Source: Cenococcum geophilum (taxonomy: Eukaryota). Taken from it: DNA of 64,000 nt. Shown here in pieces: positions 1-13,855 of the stretch; position 1 is the first letter of the stretch; every line of letters starts with the position of its first letter. The DNA is taken from contig CP158635.1 of NCBI GenBank assembly GCA_050273025.1, positions 25,172,001 through 25,236,000 of the forward strand, in the 5' to 3' direction. Position numbers and translations under genes: made by a program. The notes beneath the pieces were generated by a model, which did not search any database, had not been told where the DNA came from, and saw only the letters and a list, made by a program, of their open reading frames with translations.

Positions 1-192
1 GTATTCTAAGAAGTATTCTTAGTAGAATAAGGGGTTTAAGTAGTAATATTAACTGTATATTACCTATAGACAGATAGTTAAATAGAAAGACTAAACTAGA
101 TACTAGAATAGTATCTAAGGCATTATATTAATTATATATAGAATAATTAGGTATCGCTATTACTAGTTATATAGTTTATATATATTATAACA

Positions 193-3100
193 TCAATGGG
201 CGTCGCTTTAGTGAGAAATGAATGTTTTAAAAATCAAATTTTGTATATTTTTACGAGCGATGTCCTAACCACGAGAGTTATTATATATTTTATTGGATAT
301 ACTATAGACACATATTCTTTAGGTATTCCCACTACTATTATCCATCTAAGTATTCTTCCGTAAGGAATCTTTTTAATTAAAGTATTAGAGGAGCTCTTGC
401 TGTACCCGGCCCAAAAAGACCAAAAACAACCAAAAGAACCCTGAAAAACACCCAGAGAATCCCCCTAAGATGCATGCATCGCAGGGGAGACATACGTTAA
501 ACGACGGTGGTTCGCACTCGCGCGCGCCCACCAGAACCACGCCTAGCAATAGCCCTCTACAATAAGAATGGGCGAATACCACACTATAAAACGGAAAGAC
601 CTCTATTAAGAAGGCATCTAACAAAATATAAAGCCTATTAGATGCGTCTAGTATCCGTAGTTACGGGGGAGCGACCGTCAGCTATAATAAACTAATACAG
701 CTAGTAGAATGGCTCCGCCAATCTAGTGTACCTTAGGCACCCCTTTAGCAAACCCTTAACTAAATCCTCTAACGGCTAAGCAAAATCAAAAATAAATAAA
801 ATCCCTCCCTACTAGCGAACCGCACCTAGGCCGCCATAGCTGTGCCTCTATAGCATAGGGAGCTTACCCCCCTAAAGATAATATCCGGATATATAATTAC
901 AATATAACCAAATATAGAGAAAGTAGAGGGGCTTAGGGGATAATTAGAAATAGAAGTCCTTATAGAAATTTATAAAGAGGTCTATAACGCCATTATAGTC
1001 TAACACCTTAGGAGTGGAGATATTAGAGTTACTCTAAGGGACCAATAGGCAAAGGAACGAGCTATAAGGGCAGGGGATAGGCTAGGAGAACGTATTGGCA
1101 TAAAAGTGCTCCGTAAAGATTACCCAGTTAAAGTCCCAGTGGTTCCCCTAAGCCTTAGGGTAGAAAAGGGACGCTAGGCGGACAATACGGCAACTATATA
1201 TAAGATAGTAAAATAAACGGAACGCCTTATATTAGGACTTAAGATCACCTAAATCCAATGGCTTTAATAGGAAAATGTAAACTAAGCATATAATAAAAAT
1301 AATAAAAGAATATAAGGGTCGCTAGAGACTCGCTAGGGAGATGCCGGTCGAACGCATAGCTCCCTTATTGTTAATATATATACACTAGGAATGCAAAAAC
1401 TCCTTATCCAAAAAGGTATTATTATAAATGGCCTTATATACGACGTAAGGCTCTATAACTATAAACTCCGCCTAAAATAATGCTACCGCTGCGCATAATA
1501 GGGACACACCTAATCCACATGCGCAGTATAGGTGTGCTGCGGCCACTGTACAGGCCCCTATAATATAAGAAACTGCTTAAATTAAGACCAAATAAAATGC
1601 GCAAACTGCTACCGAAGCACATATAAGGCGTGGGAGAGAGGAGACTACATTAAATATAGGAGACGGAAGGTAAGGGCTTAACAGCTACGGGAATAACTGC
1701 ACGCTAGGTTATATAAATGGAAACAATAGGCGATAAGCTAGGGGGGCGTAGGTGCCTTTCTAGTATTTCCTACCTTTAACACCAGGGGGCTAGGCTAGCC
1801 ATCCTAAGCCTTAACGGGCTAGAAGCGTCGCCGCGTGATATTACCAGACTGTATAGGGATATAAGGGTTATAGGGGACACAAGGGAGAGGACGCCCTATA
1901 GGAAGACTATTATGGACAGCTATAGCAAGCTTAAGACTAGGATAATTAAGAATTAGACTTAACGCGGCAAATATAACATTTATAGCCGACTCTTAAAGGG
2001 TATATAGCCAACCAGTAAGAATAGGGGAGGAACCGGAGATAATAACAGATTTAGATATAGAAGCGCTACTAGGAACATAAGACACGGGAATAAAAAGCTC
2101 TATATAAAATAAGTAGTAACTAGGATGCAGACATAAGAGATAGAAGCTCTAAATGTCCTAGAGAAAGTAGAAATAGAGGAAGCGAGGAACGAAGGAGAGG
2201 CGAAGGACCCCCGCCGGGGGTCCGCTACCTATCCATTATATAGTACAACTGCGGCAATATAAACCACCGTCTTGCAAGGCCCTTGCTAGACAGCTTAGAC
2301 CTAGAGAAATACCACATCCTTGCTATACAAGAGCCGTATTATAATGCCTACATATAATTAATATACTACCCCTAAGGATTCCAGCTCCTATATAAACCAA
2401 AAGCAGCCATACGCGTGTGCTTTATAATTAGTAAGGCTATCAGCCTATCCTTATAGTCATAGCAGGCAGTTAACCCAGATATTACAGTTATAACAATCCA
2501 GACATATAGGGGACCGGTTTAGATTATTAATGTGTATAACCCTAGGGTTAAAGGGGTCCCATAAACAGAGAATATTATATTGGTAATAAGCTTACTAGAA
2601 ACCGAAGACACAGAGTCTATCCTATTAGGAGATATAAACCTCCACCACCTGCGGTAGGGGGGTATCCATATTACTGCCGAACAACAGGTAGAGTGCCTAT
2701 TAAAAGCTATAGACACCTAGGGCCTTAAGCTAGCTACCCCCCTAGGAGCAATTATATGGCAACGAGGCACCGCCAGAAGTATAATTGACCTTATATTTAT
2801 AGACGAAGGCCTATACTAGAGACTTAAAAGGTGTAACCCTAAAGAAAAATAGGCACTCGCTTTAGACTATATCCCTATCTAAATATAGCTAGATCTGGAT
2901 ATTAAGGCATAATTAAATAGCAAAAGATACGTAATAAGAAAGCTTAAGACAGACAGCTTCCTTAACATAGTTAAATAACAACTTTAAGACCTAGAAGAAA
3001 TCCACCCGATACCAAATAAGCAAGGCTTAGTAGCTACCCCTAAGGAAATCGACTAAAGACTAGAAAGGATCTAGGCAGCAATTAAAAATGGGTTAGAAGA

Positions 3101-5933
3101 GTACTGCCCGGTCTTAAAAGCGGGCCCCTACGCGCGACACGTATAGTCCGCACAATACGCGGTTCTTATCGCTAGCCAATAATAAGTAAGAAGAAAATAT
3201 ATAAGTAGCTATAATTCTAAAGACGAGAGACATTACAAAGACACAAGAAACCAGCTAAAAAATACCCTAAAAAAAGAAGTAAGGAATAGCTGGAGACGGT
3301 TTATAAATAAGTATACTATTAACCCGAGCCTCCCCTATAACAAAGGTCTTTAAAGAATGGCGAAATAGGCAAAAAGAAAGGCAGGACGTCTAGTAGAAGA
3401 CCTATACCTTCCGCCCCTGCGAAGACCAGGTAAATTACTAGCCACAAGCGACAATAATAAGAAGGTAAAAATCCTTATAGAAAGATTTTTCCCCTAACTA
3501 GCTTTAGCAGACCTTAGCAATATTACAGGCGAAGCACCGGTGACTTGCCTAAGGGTTAACAGTGACATAATAACCGAAGAAATGGCTAGAACTATTAGCC
3601 GCCTTTTAAATAATATAGCACTAGGACCAGATAGGATCCTAAATAAAGCCCTAAAGACCTACGGACTACTAATAGCACCTTAGCTTGCGGATGTAGCTAG
3701 AGTATACTTTATAATAGGCTACTACCCGAGACTCGGAAGAGCTATAACAACGTTTATCCTATACAAAGAAGGTAAAGCAGACTACTCATTTCTAGGAAGC
3801 TACCGCCCTATTGCCTTAGAGAATACCCTTAGCAAGATCTTAGAAAGGGTAATAGCGGACCGCATAGTAGACACGGTAGAGGAACACGCCCTACTACCAC
3901 AAAGCTAAATGGGGGCAAGAAAGAACCGCTTAATACTATTAGCACTTACGCTACTCGCTGCCACCATTAAATCAGCATAGGCGATGTAAAGGGACTTTAT
4001 AGTATTAATACTTAGCCTAGATATTAGTGGCGCCTACAATAACGTACCCTATAAGCGTCTCCTATATATCCTTAGAGTAAAAGGCTTCCTAGAATAGATT
4101 ATATAATTTGTTTAAGGATTTATAGGCTAAAAAGAAACATCGCTGGTCTTTAGCGGATACTAAAGCCCCCCTATTATAGTTGTAACAGGAATACCATAAG
4201 GATTACCCCTCTCGCCTATACTTTTCCTTTTCTTTATAAGTAATCTACTTAACTCCTTTAAGGAAGGGGCGACCTAGGGGATAGGCTTTATTAATAATAT
4301 AAACCTAATTATATACGGGCTAACAGCCGCAGAGAATTGCAGAACGCTAGAGAAAGCTTATAATACCTATATAGAATAGGCAAGACAATATAGAGTCCAA
4401 TTCTCACTAGAGAAGTACTAGCTAATCCATTTTATAAGAAAACGCAACTAATCTGCAGATCTCTAGTATATAATTCGCATCTAAGGCTTTAGGGGTTAGC
4501 CAGTTTAGGGCCTAAGAGTATTAGGAGTATGGGTAAACAGTAAGCTCTAGTAGAGCGCATATGCGGCCTAAGCGGCCCGCAAGGGCTAAGTACAGTATAT
4601 TGCATTATTTAGGATCGTTAATTCTATATAGGGCCCATGCTTCTAGAGGTTACGCCTACTATATATAGCAGTTGTCCGGCTAACCATAACGTATAGGTCC
4701 AGTATTTGGGCTATTAGAGAATCTAAGAAAGGCCCCCCTAAATCGCTCCTTAAACTACTTTAAAAGGTCCAAACAGCCTACCTCCGGAGTATAATAGGCG
4801 GATATAAGCGAACGGCTACAGCACTGCTTAAGAAGGAAGCTAATATTCCCCCCCTATAACTATATATTGAAGCCGCTGTAATATAAAGGGCGTAAAAGGA
4901 ACGCAACTTTAATGTTATAAAGTATATTAAGACACGCCTAAATAAACTATAGAGGGACCCTAGGGCGCCTTATAGGAGAATAAACTAATAACCCCAAAGT
5001 AGGGAAGATATATTAGAGAAACAGGTAAAGAAAGCAGAAGAAGAATAGTGCTGCTTTAGGGCCCAGGCCTATATAAAGGAGGAAGGGAAACGCGTAAGAG
5101 GCCAGTAAGGATAATAGCAAGAGAGAGAAAAGAGCTAAAGTAAAGTATAAAAGAACGCCAGGAAACCAACTACCGTAATATAATACTGGCTGGACTAATG
5201 CTAGAGAGGCGTATAGGAGTTAAAGGTATAGAGGTTAACTAAGGCAAGAAGAACTTAAGCCGTAGTATAGTTAACGCTATAGGGGGTAAACACTTTAGGG
5301 CTCCGAGAAGGCCTAATAAAGGTAAAAAATATAATGGTAATACTCTTAAGAATAGGAGTAATAGGACTAAAAGACTGGCTCTACTGGGTAGGTGTCCTAG
5401 TAGGTAACCTAAGATGTAAATGTAGCTAGCTAAGATAGACACTAAAGCACGTAATACTGCTATGCCCCTTACGTACCAACTAAGAAGTAATACTCTTAGC
5501 AGCTAGCATAGAGAACTATAAGACACTACTCTTAATATAAAAAGGCCTTAAGGCAGTTACCCAGTGGCTTATTAGCTAAAATATACTAAACTAGTTCTAG
5601 GTTATAAAGGAAATAGTAATAGAAGGCAGGGGGGCGAGCAACGGGTGCCCCCTAATGACTCTATAGCAGTAGAGTAAAGTTTGCGATACTAGCGCGTCCG
5701 TAGGCTTGTTACGGCAGCAGTGGTTCCCAAGGAGGTTAAAAAGTAAGGTAGTAGGAGCACCATAGGTGACTCGCAGGCGCCTCGCAGGCGCCCTATAGGC
5801 GAGTCCTAAAAGGCGGGGAGATGGATTACGGGGTTTTCTCAAATAGAGTTTTCTCCCCACATATATATAAGGAGTAGTCCGCATGGGCCTAATAGGGATC
5901 TAAATCGGACGTTAAGCAATGAATTATTATTAT
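193..5933 (+). mobile_element. Tad1-like LINE, near full length, RIP-inactivated
   Basis: 12-bp TSD TATATTATAACA at 181-192 and 5934-5945; (TAT)n tail. ORF1 remnant has Cys/His knuckles. ORF2 remnant has an APE start 'IIQYNCGN' (~2235), RT motifs 'APGPDGIPN', 'SYRPIALENTL', 'GIPQGSPLSP' (3610-4330) and a C-terminal 'CECGWPRQTPKHVILLCP'. Confidence 0.9.
2230..5600 (+). pseudogene. LINE ORF2 (endonuclease-reverse transcriptase), many RIP stops
   Basis: Endonuclease 'LLGDMNLHHLRWGG' (~2620) and RT motifs are recognisable through in-frame TAA/TAG; boundaries approximate. Confidence 0.8.
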
Positions 5934-6384
5934 TATATTATAACATTATAGGAAGGTATATAGATGTTACTATTTTAGGCAAATTATAGGTATAAGCCTA
6001 GAATATTGTTATTACTATAATAAGTAAAGAAAATAAGTAGTATAGCTAAATAAAGAATAGAGACTTTAATAAATCTTTATATAAACCTTACTAAAATAGT
6101 AAAGGTAGTATAAGAATAAATAAAAAAATACTATAATGCTAAAAGATTTAGAGAACTAGATCTTAAGGAGGGAGATAAAGTATAGCTACTATACAAAATT
6201 TTTAAGAGTTAATGACTAAGTAAGAAATTGGACCACGTTAGACTAGGACTATTTAAAATTGTAGTAAAGATTTCGGAAGTTATATATAGACTTAACTTAC
6301 CAGTAAAAATGAAAATTTACCCTACATCGGGAAAATATTCGCAGGATGAGATTTAAGTTGACTTTAGTGTTCGCGTTTCGCGTA

Positions 6385-6830
6385 ATTAACATGCAATTTA
6401 ACCAACTCGACACGCAATTAACCAACTTAATACGTAATTGACTAACTTAACACGCAATTTAACTAACTTAACACGCAGTTGACCTACTTAATATACAATT
6501 TAACTAACTTAATACACAGTTGACCTACTTAATATACAATTTAACTAACTTAACACGTAGTTAACCTACTTAATATGTAATTTAACTAACTTAACACGCA
6601 GTTAACCTACTTAATATACAATTTAACTAACTTAATACGCAGTTAACCTACTTAACATGCAATTTAATTAACTTAACACGCAGTTAACCTACTTAACATG
6701 CAATTTAATTAACTTAACACGCAGTTAACCTACTTAATATGTAATTTAACTAACTTAATACGTAGTTAACCTACTTAATATATTTAAAAGTTAAATAACA
6801 CGCAGTTAACCTACTTAACAACTTTAAAAG
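6385..6830. repeat. Minisatellite, 20/21-bp units (41-bp dimer) AACTAACTTAACACGCAGTT
   Basis: Directly visible tandem array. Confidence 0.9.
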
Positions 6831-7077
6831 CTAACTGTATATTTCTTGACATGTAATTAAGGTAAAGTTATATGCTAATTACGCAAATGAATTTTTATAC
6901 AGTTTTATTACTTAGAGGCTCTGCACAAGGCTCTATACGAAGCTCTACACAAAGCTCTGCATCGGGTCCCCGCTATATTCCCAATAGCCTCTCCTATATA
7001 GCCACCTTATTTTTTTTATCCATCTATCCTTCCTTATATCCTCCCTACCTAGGGAGGCACCAGAACGGCAGCTAGCA

Positions 7078-7425
7078 GAGGACCGTTGCTAGAACTAGAC
7101 GACCGTTACTAGAACCAGACGACCGTCGCCGTTGCTAGAACTAGAACACCGTTACTAGAACTAGACGACCGTCGCCAGAATAAGACGACCGTTGCCAGAA
7201 CTAGACGACCATCGCTAGAACTAGATGACCGTTACCAGAACCAGACGACCGTCGCCGTCGCCAGACGACCGTTATTAGAACTACACGACCGTCGCCAGAC
7301 GACCGTCGCTAGAGCTAGACGACCGTTGCTAGAACTAGACGATCGTCGCTAGAACTAGACGACCGTTACTAGAACTAGACGACCGTTGCTAGAACCAGAC
7401 GATCGTCGCCAGAGCCAGACGATAA
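7078..7425. repeat. Minisatellite, ~20-bp unit GACCGTYGCYAGAACYAGAC
   Basis: Directly visible tandem array. Confidence 0.9.
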
Positions 7426-7479
7426 TGACTAGCCAGCGAACACTATAAACGATTTAATCGATCGATCGAATTAAGGCAG

Positions 7480-7990
7480 CACAGACAGGTAGGCACAAAC
7501 AGGGAGATGCTAATGGGTAGGTAGATGCTGATAGGTAGGCAGATGTAGACTAGTAATTAGATACAGACAGGCAAGTAAATGCAGATAGGTAAGTAAATGC
7601 TAACGGGTAGGCAGATATAGATAGGTAGGCAGATGCAAATAGGTAGGCGATGTAGATAGGTAGGCGATGCAGACAGGTAGGCAATGCAGATAGGTAGGCG
7701 ATGTAGATAGGTAGGCAATGTAAATAGGTAGGCGATGCAGATAGGTAGGCGATGCAGACAGGTAGGCGATATAGATAGGTAGGTAATGTAGATAGGTAGG
7801 CGATGCAGATAGGTAGGTAATGTAAATAGGTAGGCAATGTAGATAGGTAGGCGATGCAGATAGGTAGGTAATGTAGATAAGTAGGCAATGCAGATAGGTA
7901 GGCGATGTAGATAGGTAGGCAATGTAGACAGGTAGGCGATGTAGGTAGGTAGGTAGATAGGTAGGTAGGTAAGTTAATAGGTAGATAGGT
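7480..7990. repeat. Minisatellite, 17-bp unit GCAGATAGGTAGGCGAT
   Basis: Directly visible; accounts for the 17-aa periodic ORFs 7550-7922. Confidence 0.9.
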
Positions 7991-9298
7991 AGAAGAGAAC
8001 CATTGCTATATTATATTAAATTATCTAAAATAATATTTATTTTGCTAGCCTTATAAATAGCCTTAAAGTAGCTTTTATTTATTTAAAATATGCTATTAGT
8101 ATAAAAGAGGTAAATATAATTGTGGTTGCTAAATGCGCAGATTACTGGTAGGTTTCGCGTAGGTTACGCGCAGACTGCGCGCAGGCTGCGTGTTAAAAAA
8201 ACACGATATAGGCTAGTCGGTCGAGTTGCCAAATGCCCTTAACTGCGCGCCAATTGCGTCAACCACCAACCATTGAGGCCATTGGTAGGGTACCATATTT
8301 TGCCGATGTATATAGTATATCGCGATTCTAGAGCTAGCGTACGGAAACGTAGAGCTACTAGTCTATAAGGTAGATACGTATAGAGGACAGGAGGAAGACA
8401 AATGGTAGGTTTTAAAGATTATTAGCTATAAGGATATTAATAAAGAAATATAGTATAAAGTTTAGTAGATAGGCTATAATAAGACTACCTAAGAGCTACA
8501 TAAGAACCTAAGAAACGCTATAAGAAAGGTATAGAAGTATTAGAAGAAATTAGGTTAGGCAGTATTAATAAAGAAGGATTGCTAAAGAATAAGCCACCTA
8601 AGGGGGACTTAGGAGGAATAATTACTAAACTACTTAGAGTTATTTCCTTCTCCGTTAGAAGAGAATCCGTTTTATTATCGCTAAGTTCCTATAAACCTTA
8701 TTTTATAAGTTTCTACTCCTTAAAATAAACCTTTTTATAAACTTATTTAAGATAAAGAAGATAAGTAGAGGCTAGGAGACGAGCTTTAAGGGTATGCTAT
8801 TAAGTAGCTATAGCTTCTTACTCTACCTCCCGTAAATAATATAACTTATTAAGAGTATTTAAAAGCTTACTATTAAGCTTTATAGTAGTAGATTAAACCT
8901 AGGACCCTAGTAGTAATTAATAAGGGTACTTAAAGACTATTAAGAGTAATAGGGCGCGTATACTTAGCGTTAGAAGTAGAACGAACATCGTAAGATAATT
9001 AAATATTTGCTTTAGTATACTCTAAATATAAAGAGGGCTATTAATATAAAGGGCTCGCTAACGTAATATAAACTAACCCCTCTTTCGCATAATAAGAATA
9101 TAGAGATAGTATTATTTTACCTAGCGATAATATAGTAGTAATAGTGTAAGCACGTTAAGCTGTAGAAGAAAGAGAAATTGCTTTAGGTATAATAAGTAAT
9201 AATATTAACCAAATTAATTAAGCGGATATTATACCTCTAGTAGACGACTTAGAGATATTAAAAATCTTTAAGGACGAAGATAAAGAGGAGGGAGATAG

Positions 9299-9724
9299 TA
9301 TTATAGACGCTTTAAGTATAATATTATAACTACTAGGAGAGGAGTTAGAAGTAGCTAGTTAGTTAATAGAGGCATAGTCTAGGATAGAACTAGTTAAGCT
9401 ATATAATAAGGAATAGTAACCAAAGTTATATAATATAATCTATATAATCTATATAATCTATATAATCTATATAATCTATAATAGAGTAGATAGAGTACGC
9501 GTACCTTATATATAAGAAGGATTTCTTAGGAGTACGGTTATGTATTTAAAGGACCTTAGTCCCTACCTTAGATAGTTCCTTCCTTATAGTAAATCTTAGA
9601 ATATAATTAGAGTTAATCTGTTAAGCACCTTACTCTACTAGGACTTATGTTAATTGTTTGTTTATCTACATACCTAGCTCAAACGTAGTACTCCCCGTAG
9701 TACTTCCTATAAGGTTCCGTAACA
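9299..9724 (+). repeat. 3' LTR of Gypsy A copy 1
   Basis: Similar to the LTR at 27550-27974; ends CCGTAACA; contains (TATATAATC)n. Confidence 0.8.
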
Positions 9725-9879
9725 ACTATTATAAGCTTCCTTAAGTAATATAGATAGAGAGAAGAGTTATTTTAGCCCCTTGCAGCGATTAATAAGTAAA
9801 CTCGCAATATAACGTTTCTCTATAACATAACGTTTAAAACCCCTGCCACCGAGCTGAACGTAATAACGAGGTTTTACTG
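9725..9879. mobile_element. Terminal fragment of a pogo/Tc1-mariner-type DNA transposon
   Basis: Ends ...TAACGAGGTTTTACTG followed by TA (reverse complement CAGTAAAACCTCGTTA), a pogo-like TIR; partner end not in the window. Confidence 0.5.
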
Positions 9880-9881
9880 TA

Positions 9882-10673
9882 TTGAACTCGTCAATATTAA
9901 GGTTGACGATCCTTGGAGCTAACTCCTTAATTGGGCCTAGATTGTAGCGATGTATGCTAAAATAGCGTCAATATTGAGTCAAAATCGGCTGCAAGCCCTC
10001 CCTACTCTCTACTTAAGTAATACTAAGACGTCGTAGGTAGTATTATATTTAAATGTATAGATAAGGTAAGTACGTAAGATAGAGCTTTAGATCTAACTAC
10101 GTAATATATTAAGAGCTAACAGCTATTTTCTATATAGCTTTAAGTTATCCCTATAGTCGTATTAGAGCGTCTAGAGCTCTTCCTTCTTATCCTTATCTAG
10201 CTTTGTTTCCCCCCTATTATTAATATCCTTCAGTAAGGCTTAAATAGGTTCTTTAAGCCTTAGTAACTCGATCTTAGGTATTAATAGATTGATATACTTC
10301 TAGAGACGATTGTTATTAGCCTTTAACTTAATAATCTTAATCTATTTGTCCTAGTTATTTAGGCTTATAATTACGGATAAGATAATAATATAAATTAATA
10401 GGAATAAAGGCTTTAAATTAAAGATAATGCAGTAGACGGCCCGGCCTTATAATTATTAAATAGACAATTAAGAATAAGAACTCTGTCTATTAAAGAGGGC
10501 TTTAGAAGCTCTCTATATACATTAGGTAGGTTTAGGCAACTAAGATAAAATAGGCAATAGAAATAAGTTGTAAGACATTAGGGTAGGGCATAATCTAATT
10601 GATAACGATTGATACAATACGCGAGATTATATCATATCATATTATATCAATTAATTTTTTTAATCCGCTACTA
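9882..10673. other. RIP-decayed fragment with an intron-like segment and a possible TIR-element end
   Basis: GTAAGT...GCTAACAG at ~10066-10122; ends in ATCAAT-rich sequence and ...AATCCGCTACTA; family not recognised. Confidence 0.25.
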
Positions 10674-10765
10674 AATAAGCAAGTAATCTACTATTGTCCT
10701 TAGCTTCCCTACTAATTAGGTATCTCCTTTCTACCCTCTAGTACTCCCGCTGCCGTTACTATAGG

Positions 10766-11100
10766 CTATGAATTTTTATTGTACGACGAATATCGAGCTC
10801 TATAATCCCACTACTTATAATTTCTATAGCACCTACTATAGAACTCTAGGAGACTCTAACACTTAGTAAAGGGGTAAGGGCCTACTAGATAATATAGAGT
10901 CGCCGTATAGGCCTTATAGGGCTAGTGTTAATTAGCTCTCTACCTTATATAAGTAATATAGGTTATTTATAATTATATTTAGAGATCTATAGCTCTAAAT
11001 TAGAATTATATTTATATATAAAGGCCTCCCTATCTATACTTACTTCTCTAATACCCCTCCCGCCTAAGCCTCTATATTAATTGCTAGTAAAGCTTTTACC
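10766..11100 (-). pseudogene. RIP-decayed DUF3716-like Cys-rich protein
   Basis: Minus strand reads GRPLYINIILI*SYRS ... PFTKC*SLLEFYSRCYRNYK*WDYRARYS; de-RIP gives GRPSYVNAILIQSRG ... PFTECRSLPEFCGGCCGNCKWRDHGARCS. 5' limit uncertain. Confidence 0.55.
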
Positions 11101-13855
11101 CTCTTCTACTTATCCTAAGAGTAGTTAGTTATATAGGTATATTATATTAAGAGGAGAGTTTATTTATAGTATAGTAATATTACTAAAGAATTTCTTATAT
11201 AGTAGGATAGGAAGTATACTAGTTAATTATATTTCCCGATTCCTAGTAAAGGATAATATTAGTAGGATTTAAACTTATAATCTATTAAGTTTAAAGTTAG
11301 TATATATTTCTATATACTACCTATATACCTTTAGTAGTTACCTTTTACCTAAAATTATTTTATTTATATATCTTATACCTCTACCCCTTAGTGTTATATA
11401 ATATATCTCTTATATAACTACTATATTCCTTTTAAAATTCTACTCTAATGCTAGCTCTTTATATACTCCATTTTCTTAAGGTTCTATAATCTAAGCTATA
11501 TTCTCTCCTATAATACTATATAACGCCCTTCTAAAAATACTCTCTAGTTTATTACTTATAGCTAGAATTAAAAGTACTTCTCTTATAAAGAGTAAAAGCT
11601 ATAGCTAGCGCTTTATTTATTATTCTTAAGGCTACTACTAAAGTAGAGAAACTTTAATTTCATATAGTACTTTAGAGTAGTAGTTATTATACTTATCCTA
11701 GCTTACTATTTAAGTAACCTTTTTATTTAATTTATTTATATTTTAATTATACTTATTAAGTTCCTTATACTTATCTTATAATAGCTTATTATATAATATT
11801 ATTTAAAGAGAGGTAATAGGCTTCTTTAATTCTTAGTATATTTCCTAGAGTTATTAGACCTTTAGAAGTATTATTTTCTACTACTCCTTCTTCTAAAATA
11901 TCTTAATATACTTTATATAATAATTTAGATAAAGAATAAGTATAGTGGCGTAAAGAGGGGAGTTATCTATTCTCTAGTAGTACTTATTAAACATCACCTA
12001 TATATTCTTTACTTAAAGTAAGAGAGCTTTATTTAATTTAAAGAGTGCCTATTATATAATATTAGCTTTAGCTTAAATAAAGTACTTAGAAGAAGAGTTA
12101 TATAAGAGAGTTCTCTATATATTTAACAAGTACATCTATTATAAAGAGTATTTAATTAAGTATTATATAATCCCCTTATATCTCTAATATTATATAGTAG
12201 AATAGCTTTAGAAAGGTATAATTATATAAAGAAGCTTTTAGTCTCGCGGCAAGATATAATCCTCCTTAAGTATATTAAAGTTGCTCTTAATATAGTTATT
12301 AATTCCTAACTCATGCTTAAGTAAAACACTTAGTATTTAATACTAGCTATTCCATCTTATATAATTATTAAGTAGAACTTATCTTCTAACTATAGTTTTA
12401 AACTCCTTTATATAACTTACTAAGTATTATAAAACCTAGTAGGAATACTACGGTAAGAGCCGTATTTAAGCTGGGTATATAGATAAATAAGTAGTTAACA
12501 AGTCCTGGTGGAGTAAGGTGCTTAATAGATTAACTCTAATTATATTCTAAAATTTACTATAAGGAAGGAACTATCTAAAGTAGGGACTGAGGTCCTTTAA
12601 ATACATAACCGTACTCCTAAGAAATCCTTCTTATACATAAGGTACGCGTACTCTATTTACTCTATTATAGATCCTATAGATTATATAAATTATATAGATT
12701 ACATTATATAACCTTAGCTACTATTTCTTATTATATAGCTTAACTAGTTCTATTCTAGACTATACTTCTATTAACTAACTAGCTACTTCTAACTCCTCTC
12801 CTAGTAGTTGTAATATTGTACTTAAAGCGTCCATAATACTATCTCCCTCCTCTTTATCTTTATCCTTAAAGATTCTTAATATCTCTAAGTTGTCTACTAG
12901 AGGTATAATATCTATTTAATTAATTTAGTTACTTATTATATCTAAAGCAATTTCCCTTTCTTTAACCATTCGATGTACTTATACTATTACTACTATATTA
13001 TCGCTTAGTAAAATAATACTATCTCTATATTCTTATTATGCGAAAAAGGGGCTAGTTTACGTTATATTGGCGAGTCCTTTATCTTAGTAACCCTCTTTAT
13101 ATTTAGAGTATATTAAAGTAAATATTTAATTATCCTATAATATTTATTCTGCTTCTAACACTAAGTATATATATTCTATTACTCTTAATAGTCTTTAAGT
13201 ACCCTTATTAATTGCTACTAGGGTCCTAAGTTTAATCTACCACTATAAAGCTTATTAGTAAGCTCTTAAGCGCTCTTAATAAGTTATATTATTCTTACGT
13301 AGCGGAATAAGAGGCTGCCGCTACTTAATAGCGTGCTCTTAAAGCTCGTCTTCTAGCCTTAGCCTATCTTATTTATCTTAAGAAGGTTTATAAGAAGGTC
13401 CGTTTTAAGGAGTAGAAACTTATAAAATAAGGTTTATAGGAACTTAGTAATAAAAGAACGGATCTTCTTCTAATAGAGAGGGAAATAACTCTAAGTAGTT
13501 TAGCGGCTGCTCCTCTTAGGTCCCCCTTAGGTAACTTATTCTTTAGCAATCCTTTTTTATTAATACTACCTAACCTATTTTCTTCTAATACTCCTATACC
13601 TTTCTTATAGCATTCTTTAGGTTTTTAAATAGCTTCTAGGTAGTCTTATTATAGCCTATCTACTAAACTTTATACTATATTTTATTATTAATGTCCTTAT
13701 AACTAATAATCTTTAAAACCTACTATTTATCTTCCTCTTATCCTCTATATATATTTACTTTATAAACTAGTAGTTAAATATCCCTATATACTAGTTCTAG
13801 TATTATAATATATTATATAGGGTAAATCTTTATTTTTACTAGTAAGTTAAGTCTA

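Larger units (their letters stand above)
6325..8308. mobile_element. Non-autonomous TIR element (TA target, Tc1/mariner-pogo-like) filled with minisatellites
   Basis: Ends CATCGGGAAAATAT / ATATTTTGCCGATG (1 mismatch); TA duplicated at 6323-6324 and 8309-8310; the host Gypsy sequence is contiguous across the insertion. Confidence 0.85.
1..9724 (+). mobile_element. Ty3/Gypsy family A copy 1, 3' part (integrase end, chromodomain, antisense-ORF region, 3' LTR), RIP-decayed and interrupted by two insertions
   Basis: 1-192, 5934-6324 and 8309-9724 align by eye with 26010-27974 of the full-length copy; PPT 'agaggagggagatag' precedes the LTR. Confidence 0.85.

Noticed and set aside
250..280. tRNA-like GTGGTTAGGACATCGC on the minus strand
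   Set aside because: No cloverleaf or T-loop in the flanks.
7550..7922. Two repetitive ORFs (PTYLHRLPICIAYLS...)
   Set aside because: They are translations of a 17-bp minisatellite open in two frames; no coding evidence.
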